Shown one piece after another: positions 1 through 9,100 of a stretch of 64,000 nt of DNA. Each line of letters starts with the position of its first letter. Position 1 is the first letter of the stretch. The stretch lies in contig NW_003314265.1 in the NCBI RefSeq assembly GCF_000143415.4, positions 1,446,446 to 1,510,445 on the forward strand. Direction: 5' to 3'. The stretch is from Selaginella moellendorffii. Lineage: Eukaryota; Plantae; Lycopodiophyta. Below the pieces are notes generated by a model. It made no database searches, was not told where the DNA came from, and saw only the letters and a list, made by a program, of their open reading frames with translations. The translations under genes and the position numbers were made by a program.

Positions 1-2521
1 CCTCCGAGGGACGCTCGGAGGTAGCTAATGGTGCAGCGGCTAGGTGAACCAAGGACTATAGAATTTGTTCAAGGTAGCCAAAGCACCGATGAGGTACTTC
101 GACAAGTGAGAGTCGAAGTAGGGACATGGAAAGTAGACATGGATTTCACCATGTTGGACATGGTGGGATTTGACGTGATCTTCGGAATGGATTGGTTCAA
201 TCGGTTCGTGGTAGCCCTGCATGGATAAGGTAGGAACCTTGTGGTACTGGCGAATGCCCAAGGAAGAAGATCTAGGGTGGAGGCTCAGGATCTAAAGGTA
301 GGGCAAAGCAAGGCCAAAGATTCCTGCTTAAACTTGGTGTCCACGAGAGGACAACTCACTAAAGGAACTAAGGCAGCCTTTTTGTGCTTACTCTCGGTGA
401 AGAGTGACAAAAAGATAGGAACGGAAGAAGTACCTTTAGTGATCCAACGGGTGTTGGACCAATTCCAGGATACCATGCAGGAAGAGCTACCGGCGAGGTT
501 GCCCCCCGCACGACCGATAGAACATAAGATTGAGCTGGTTGAGGGTGCTGAGGCGATGGTTCGTCCCCCCTATCGTTTGAACGAAAAAGAACTCAAGGAG
601 CTCAAGTGCCAACTAGAGGAGTTGGTGGACAAAGGGTATGTTAGGTTGAGCAAGTCGCCGTATGGGGCACCGGTGTTATTTGTGAAAAAGAAAGATGGTT
701 CTATGCGCATGTGCATAGACTACTGGTTGCTTAACAAGTATACAAAGAAGAACAAGTACCCTTTGCCAAGAATTGAGGACCTATTCGATAGGTTGGGAAA
801 GGCAAAATACTTCTCGAGGATTGACCCAAGGTCAGGATACTACCAGATCAGGGTAGTTGAGGAAGATGTCGAGAAGACAACCTGTCAAATGAGGTATGGG
901 AGCTTTGAGTTTCTAGTGATGCCCTTTGGGCTATGCAATGCGCCGGCAACGTTTTCGGCGCTGATGAACCACATCTTTGTACCCTATCTAGATCACTTCG
1001 TGGTCGTTTATATTGACGACATCCTGATCTATAGCGAGACACTAGAGGAGCATGTCGAACACTTGGCGAAGGTGTTTGAGAAACTAAGGGAACATAAACT
1101 GTATGCTAAAGAGAGCAAATGTGACTTTGCTCAACAAAAGGTAAAGTTTCTCGGGCATGTGGTGGGCCAGGACGGGCTCAAGGTGGACCCGGAGAAGGTC
1201 CAAGCGATCCAGGAATGGGAGCGACCATCGAATATACATGAGTTGAGGGCATTCTTGGGGCTATGCAACTACTACCGAAAGTTTATCAGACACTATTTGA
1301 GACTAGCCCTGCCCTTAACGGACCAAACAGGAAAAGGGAAGATGGTATGGACAGCGGAATGTGAGGCGGCATTCGTCCACCTCAAAGGGAAGTTGAGGAA
1401 GGCTCCCGTGTTGGCATTACCAGACTTTGGTAAGGACTTTGAGGTAGAAACAGATGCTTCGGACTTTGCGTTGGGCGCAATTTTGAAGCAAGACAACCAT
1501 CCAGTAGCGTTCTTCTCGAAAAAGTTGGACAAGGCTCAACGGAAGTGGCCTGCCCATGAGAAGGAATTGTTTGCGGTGGTAAGGGCACTCAAGGAGTGGC
1601 GACACTACCTTGGGAGACACTTCAAGGTTTACACGGACAATGTGGCAACGAAACACTTCTTGTCGCAGCCCGACCTAAGGGGAAAACAAGGTCAGTGGGC
1701 CAATGCTTTGGCCGAGTTTGATTATGAGATTCTGTACAAGCCTGGGAAGAGCAACATCGTGGCAGATGCGCTAAGTCGAAAAGTGAGCTTGAGGTTGGCG
1801 ATATCCAGCACAACAACAACCTTCTGGGACGATGTGCGAACAGCATATGAGAACAATGGTCTAACACAAGAAGTGTTGCTGAGGAATCTAGAGGCACAGG
1901 AAGCTCACCAGAGAGGTGAGTTGCCAACGGAAGAGAAAACGGGCTATGTGGAATGCAACGGACTCATCTATTGCAAACAAACGAGGGTGTATGTTCCAGA
2001 AGGGGAACTAAAGAAGGTAGCCTTAGAAGAGTGTCATGACGGACCTCTTGCGGGACACGGCAGAGTGCCTAAGACGATGGGCTTATTCAAGAGGAAGTAC
2101 CATTGGCCAGATATGGCTAAGGACCTCCAAGACTATGTAAAGACATATCCAACATGTCAGCAGGTCAAAGCCGTGACTAAGGCTAGTGGGGGCTTGTTGC
2201 AAAGCATCCCAATTCTAGATCGTCCATGGAAATGTCTTATGATGGACTTCATCACGGGACTCCCCCCAAGCGAGGGGTTTGATGCGATATTCATGGTGGT
2301 GGACCGATTTTCGAAAATGGCACAGTCCATACCCACCACAACGGAAGTGGATGCGGAAGGTGTGGCGAAGCTGTTCTTCGAACAAGTGGTTCGAGTGCGG
2401 GGAAGGCCGGAAGAGATCATCTCAGATCGAGATAAGATCTTCAGTAGTAGGTTCTAGAGGACTTTCCTGGAACAGTATCACACCAAGTTGAAATTTAGCA
2501 CAGCCTATCACCCACAGACAG

Positions 2522-2568
2522 GTATGGGATATTAAGTCAAGTTTGGTGGTACTAACACTTCTTGACAG
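2522..2568 (+). other. Putative 47-nt spliceosomal intron 1 in the integrase core
   Basis: GTATGG...TACTAAC...TTGACAG; removal restores HPQT-D-GQTERVNRQLEDYLRCY exactly. Confidence 0.85.
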
Positions 2569-2986
2569 ACGGACAAACGGAAAGGGTGAATAGGCAGCTG
2601 GAGGATTATTTGCGATGCTATGTCTCGGGAGACCAGACCGATTAGGTAAGTCATTTGGGACTTGCAAAAATGTGTTATAACAACTCACCACATTCGAGCA
2701 TCGGGGTGAGTCCATGGGAAGTCATCAATGGGCGAGCTATTGAAGGTCCTGTGGAACTTGGTGTGGCCGAGTATCATGGAGAGTTACCCGTAGTGGAGGC
2801 ATTCACGGCGAAAAGACTCAACATTTAGAATCTAGTGAGGGATTCCTTGGAACGAGCTCAACAAAGGCAAACTAAGTACGCGAACCAGAAGCGCCGGGAT
2901 GTAGAGTTCCAAGCTGGGGAGAAGGTGTGGCTGAACACCAAGAACCTCAGGCTACCAAGTGGGATCAGCCAGAAGTTGACCCAAAA

Positions 2987-3038
2987 GTAAAAATGCATGT
3001 ATTCCTGTAAATGAATTGATCTTGAGTTCCTTAAGCAG
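2987..3038 (+). other. Putative 52-nt spliceosomal intron 2 just before the GPY/F motif
   Basis: GTAAAA...TTAAGCAG, AT-rich; removal restores KLTQ-K-FAGPYEI exactly. Confidence 0.85.
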
Positions 3039-3801
3039 GTTCGCGGGGCCTTACGAGATTGAGGCTCGAATCAGTAAAGTGGCTTACCGACTCCGACTTC
3101 CTCGAGAGATGGAGAAGATGCATCCCGTGTTCCACGTGAACTTACTCAAGCCATATTTTGAGGATCCGCTTCACAAGGACCAAGTAAGACCTTTACCTGA
3201 GGTTATCCAAGGGGAAGAGGAATACGAAGTCGAAGCCATCCTCAATGCGCGCAAGAGCAAGCGACAAGGACGCGAGGTGAGAGAGTTCCATGTGAAGTGG
3301 AAAGGATTTCCACACTGCGAAACAACATGGGATCGAAGGAGAACCTAGCGAACGCGCGAGATCTAGTGGAGGAATTTCTGCAAGGCAGAACTCTATGTAC
3401 TTATGCAAAGTTCAATTAAAAGTATCAATTTAAGAAGTTGAGCAATGGCATATGTTGGGACCCGAAGGCGCGCCGAAGGTAAGCTAATTAGCATGGGTTA
3501 ACTAGGTCGACTAGGCGTAGGGAGCTACGCCCGACTCCCTGCGGGGATGTCGAATCCGTAGACGTATTCTACGGAGGTTGGGTTCGAGTCCCAACCCCTT
3601 AGTAAAGCAAGGCTGGGTTCAAGTCCCGACCCCATACTAGGGCGTCGTGAGGTGAGGAGTATAGGGACACCTATATTCCGTTGTAATGGGCTCTTGGCCG
3701 GGGAGGCTAACTTGATGCCCTCGGAGACATGGTCAACAAGTCGTAGGATAAAAAAGAGACATTCGATGTGAGCATCGAACTTCTTCTATGGGTGGTGGAG
3801 T

Positions 3802-4938
3802 TGTAAGGAACCAACTCGCCGAGGTGTCGTAGGCTAAAGGAGCCCTGAAAGCATAACCAAAATGATAAAGAGTTCATCGAATTGGACCAAGTCTAAGATT
3901 GAGTCCAAGACCGACTCTAAGACCAAGTTCGAGATAGAGTCCGGAATCGAGTCCGAGACCGACTCGGAGACCGAGTTCGAAACCGAGTTCGAGACGGAGT
4001 CCGAGATCCGAAATCGGGTCCGAGACTGAGTCCGAGGTTGAGTCCGAGGTCGAGTCCGTGATCGGGTCCGAGATCGAGTCCGAGACTGAATCCGAAGTCG
4101 GATCCGAGATCGAGTCCGAGATCGAGCCAGAGACTAAGTCCGAGTACTAATACGAGTCAAGGGGTGAAAGCCCAAAGCGTGCATCGCCCAGAGGAGAGGG
4201 GGGCTGCAGGAGGTTCCAAAAGTATAGTAAGGATAGTGAGGTCCAGGAACCAGTTTTGAAGGAACTCTCCAGTGGGGCTTCCAAACTGACATGAGGTTGG
4301 GACTGGGACCGAGGGGCCTTGGGTGGGAATGAGCATGGCCTTGGTTGGTGCCGGAGGGACCATCCAAGGAAGTGCTCAAGAGCAGCTCCCACTCCCGAAA
4401 GGAAAACCGACTGCGGTGCTCCCGGCTCATGTGGAGTGGTGCCCCACTTGAGTACCATGCGGCTCATTGGTCCTCGCCCTTCCTAGGGGCTTGGACCTTC
4501 CCTTCGGGATGGAAGTGGGGGGGTAGAGGTACCCATACCGGGCCGTTAGGCCACGGTGTTTCGCCCCGGCGTCCCGAAGCAAGTGTTGCACCCAAGACTT
4601 GGGATTTAGAGGGTCCCATGATCAAGTCTTGTGGTACCAAGGGAAGTTAGGAACCTGGAAGCTTGGTGTGCTTGGTTGCTTGTGCTTGTGGGGAGTGTAG
4701 CCGAACCTTAAGTCCAGTCTAACTCGGGGAGGGGGATTGGGAGAGATTTGGGAATCCGTGGATGGATGGCTAACACTCCGTTGCTCGTGCAATGAGTAGC
4801 TGAAACCAAGTAGGACCAAGTACGAACTGGTACCATAGGCGGGAACCTTGGTAAGGGAACTTAGCAAAAGCCAAGGCAGTGTTGGACGGATAGACGAGGT
4901 AAGCTGGCAAATTGGAAAGGAAAAATTTGTGGCTTACA
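3802..4938 (+). repeat. 3' LTR of chromovirus A, containing a degenerate GAGTCC/GAGACC tandem array (~3890-4145)
   Basis: TGTAAG...CTTACA inverted termini directly after the PPT; its 3' ~370 nt is re-found, diverged, at 4939-5308. Confidence 0.85.
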
Positions 4939-6110
4939 TTCCCCTCTAGAGTCCTGAAGCAAGAGATGCATCCAAAGTATGGTATTTAGAAGGTTATATC
5001 ATCAATCAAGGGATGTTATGAATTTAGAAGCTTGGTATGCTTGGCTGCTTGTGCTTATGGGGAGTGTAGCCTAACCTTAAGTCTAATTTAACCTAGGAAG
5101 AGGGATTGGGGGAAAATTTAGAAATTCATAAATAGATGGCTAACACTTTGTTGCTTTTGCAATGAATAGTTGAAACTAAGTAGAACTAAGTAAGAGCTGA
5201 TACAATAAACAAGAACCTTGGCAAAGGAACTTAACTTAAGCCAAAGTATTGGTGGTCAAATAGACAAGATAAGTTGGCAAATTGAAAAGGAAAAATTTAT
5301 AATTTACAATTTGGTATCCAATCCTTTTCCTCAGTTTTAGCAAAGGATAGAGGCAGATTGCTGGGAGATGGCTAAAACAAAGTGTAAGCAGACTAAGGCA
5401 AAAACAAAACTTCCTCCAAAGATAAAACCTTTGATCAAACAAGAAGTTATGAATGAAGAATCCTTATATGAGGAGGACACTAGTGAGGAAACTTCTCACT
5501 AGAGAATAGGAGTCCGGTGCTGAAATTTGGTCATCCAAAGCTTAATTGGACGTTTTAAAAGGATAATTGGCATAGATCAATGCCCTATTACAAACCCTTG
5601 TAAATAAACTAAAGCATGATAAAAAGTGGAAAAAAAGGCAAAAGACTACAAATGTTGGTAGTGTAAAAAGTGTGGACCCTTCGGTAGGGACTAAAGTAAA
5701 ACCGAACAAAGTTTAGCAAACTAAAGTAGAATTAATCCCTCAAGAAATTCCCAAGTATAAACTAAAGCCTTCATCTATCTTCAAGGGAGTAAATAACTAT
5801 AAGGTGGTAGAAGATTGATTTTATAATATGGAAGATTACTTCCAAGCGTTATACTTACCAAGCTAAAAAAATGTCCCATATGCAAAACCATACTTAATAG
5901 ACAATACTAAGTCTTAGTGGAGAATAACAAATGCCAATGAAAGACTAATGGCCATTTGGGAAGTGATGAAGGCAAAAATTAATGCAACTTATGTTTCTTC
6001 AAATACTACTATGCACCTAAAGGATGAGTTAAGTAGATTGAAGTAAATAGGAACCATTCAAGAGTATGTGAATGCATTTATGGCCAAAAGGATCCTTGCC
6101 ACAGACATGG

Positions 6111-9100
6111 TGTGAGACACAAAATCCCTATGCCCCAAAGTGGAGCCGAAAGGGTGCCACATGGTAATGGCTGAAGCGAAAGCCAAACGAGTGTAACATA
6201 TTTGGACTAAAAGCTCCAACTTGAAAAGGTTGAGAGTGGGAGTGGAACTCCCAACGAAATGCTCGAAGAACAAGCACGAAGTGAGCAATGAGTGAGTCTT
6301 TAGAAAAGGGACACAAGAGGACCAAAACATGACACATGGAGGAGTCTGAGATGGAGTTCGAGATGGAGGCCGAGATAGATCCGAAATGGAATCTGAGATA
6401 GACCCAAGATGGACCCGAGATGGAGTCTGAGATGGACCCGAGATGGACCCAAGATGGAGTCCGAGATGGACCCGAGATGGACCCGAGATGGAGTCCGAGA
6501 TGGAGTCCAAGATGGAGTCCGAGATGGAACCGGGATCAAGATCGAGACCGAGACCGAGTCCGAGTCCGAGGCCAGGACCGAGACCGAGTCTGAGTCTGAG
6601 TCCGAATACTAATACAGGCAGTTGGGTGAAAGCCCAAAGCGATCATCCCCCAGGGGGGGGGGGGGGGGGGGCCAAGGGGGGTTCCGGGGGTTCCCAAAGT
6701 ATAGTAGGGAGAGTGTGGGGGTTGGAGCCCAGTGGAGCCAGTTTGGCCAGGAAAGGCCAGTTTGGCCTAGGAAGGCCATACCCAGTGTTAGGTGATGAGC
6801 TGACCACTAGGAAGTCCAAGACTAAAGTGAACAAGCGAGATAGCTTGGTGAAGTGTTCAAGAGCCAGCTCTAGTTCCCCTGGGAGATCGAATGGTCGATG
6901 CTCCCAGTCCAAGTGTGGGTGGCACCACCTACTTGGATACTTGATGTGGCTCAACGGAACCTCGCTCTAAGCCCATGGCTAGAGCACCCAAAGGTGGAAG
7001 GCAAGGAGAGTACCCATGAGACTCGCGTAGGGCTACGATGTTTCGAAATGTTGTCCCAAAGGCCCAGACTGTGGAAAGGAAGAGAAGCAGTCTTTTGGGG
7101 TAGTGACCAAGGATACAGTCGTGTGGCAAGGAAGTCCCAAAGGACCGTGGGGCTTAGTGGTTAGGCCTGTGGGCCTTGATCTAGTGGCAGTGTTGGCGAA
7201 CAGGGCCATGGACAGAAAGGGACTTGGTGGGGACCGGAAAAGGGATATTGGGGAAGGCTATTCCCCATGTTTGTGGGCATCCTAAGGATGCTAAGGAGTG
7301 GATCTGAGACGATCACTCATGAATGGATGGCCCAGTCTTTGAGAGATGGGACTGTGATGGAGGTGGTGTCAGACCACTGGTGTGACCAAGGTGAATGAGC
7401 ATGGCCTTAGCGTAACGGGCTGATATGTTGGTGGTACCTTGGGGTGTTGATCATGGGATCGGACACGTGGAGCACTTGGACCAAGTGCAATGGTTGAGTG
7501 GCATGGATGTCATTCTTGGGGCTAGCAAGTCCTTAATTCCAGAATAAGATTTATGGAGGTTGTGAGTGAGACTCCTCCAAGTGGTCGGAGGTGTGGTTAA
7601 GTGACTAAAGTAGACTGGAAAATTTAGTCGCTTACAATTTGGTATCAGAGTTGTTCTTTAGTCCAACTCTTATTGGTGGCCAAATATATCACCACTTGTA
7701 TTGGCATCGGAAGGTCCTAGGATCGGACCTATCCTAGAGGAACAGCATGTCAGGAGGACATGGCTCCCCACTACAGTTCGTGTGTGAACTTGTAGGCAAT
7801 GTGGTGGATAGAAAAGGGCCAATAAGGGAACGACTTTGGGATCTTGGGAATAGTATAAGGTTTTTTCCTCAGAGAGTTGAGGGTGTGATCCAGATGAGCA
7901 TTTAACTTAGCAAACTGGTTAATGTAGTTGTGGTAAACAACTATAGTTGGGATCACAAGAAAGATAGAGACTCCAAAACAATAAAGGAGTCACAAGATTA
8001 CCCTCATATAGTTGAGGCTAGTGCTCATAAATTTGAGACCAAAATTGATGACCGTGGGAGATCAAATACGGAAGAGGACACAAATCCTTAAAATGGTAGC
8101 CAAGGCTACCTTTAATAAATGCTGGAACAACTCAAGGAGTTGGGGGTGCACTTAGAAGATGAGTTGGTATTCTCATCATATGGATAAGTAGTCCTAAGGG
8201 GCAAAGGTTAGTCCCAGAGAACAAAATCAAGTGTCAAAGTAACACTTGTAAAGATGGTCCTTATGAGTAGGGCGTGAATACATGAAATTGTATTTTAGTG
8301 AGTTAACACCTCAAAAATAGGACTTCATGGTCGTCTGATTAGCAAAGTCTAAAAAGTTGGATGACTCGAGTAGAGTCAAAGAATAATCCTAAGGGATTAA
8401 TGGAAGCATTTGGACTGAGGTGTGTTATACCCCACGAAGGATGGGGAGGATCTTACGATCCAAGCATGAGAATAGTGGGTATTTCATTGATGGTAGAATG
8501 TGCCATGCTAAAGTCGTGGGAAAGAGTTTCCCGAAAGAAAACAACTTTGACACAAAGTTGTGTGTAAACTATATGGTATAGTGCTAACGGATAGTTGGCA
8601 TAAGAGACAACTGTATTAGTTTTGACAAAAACCCTAGACACAAGTAAGAAGTGTCATAGAAGTAGGCTCGTAGAGCCTATGTGTGGAAACACCGAATATG
8701 CCAAGGCGTGCTACCTTGAAGTCAAGTTGGCGAGTTTGTGAGAATCCCTTCCAAAGGAATCCCAATGGAAATAAGAATGGCATAGCCTAAGCTGGAAGGC
8801 ATGTGGTTAGAGTGTGGTGACCCAAATAATGATGGAGGTGTGAAAGCACCAGCAATGAGTTGTAGGACTTGACAACTATGAGACAACTAAGCAAAAGGTG
8901 CAAAATAATTAGTTAAATTGTTAAAAGGTAACTATCTAAAACTTCTTATTGGGATAAGGAAATTAGATATACCCTTATGGGGGAGAAACTGCTTATGTTG
9001 CGATATAGTAAATCAATGTCGTAAAGGGAATGCTCATTGCCAAAGAAGGCCATCATTGAGACACTCAAATACTCTAAAACACTAGAAAGTGGTGTTTGGT

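Larger units (their letters stand above)
1..3385 (+). pseudogene. pol: Gypsy pol polyprotein (protease C-terminus, RT, RNase H, integrase, GPY/F, chromodomain), mutated, with two putative introns
   Basis: Motifs [46 protein letters not shown] region, [30 protein letters not shown] and EYEVEAIL..VKWKGF. In-frame stops at 226-228, 2455-2457, ~2643 and ~2826; frameshift near 3332. Confidence 0.93.
1..4938 (+). mobile_element. Ty3/gypsy chromovirus LTR retrotransposon (element A), 5' part outside window; pol, 3' UTR, PPT and 3' LTR
   Basis: Domain order PR-RT-RNaseH-INT-chromodomain; PPT-like ATGGGTGGTGGAGT at 3788-3801; LTR TG..CA at 3802-4938. Confidence 0.93.

Noticed and set aside
226-228. 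Programmed stop read-through between protease and RT
   Set aside because: This copy has several other disabling stops, so a simple nonsense mutation is the more economical explanation
3385-3460. Third intron after the chromodomain (CAAG|GCAGAA in A, TAAG|GTAAAA in B, followed by AT-rich sequence)
   Set aside because: No conserved downstream protein motif to define an acceptor; cannot be supported
3576-3631. tRNA genes or SINE heads
   Set aside because: Only T-arm-like hairpins; no acceptor stem, D-arm, anticodon arm or tail visible
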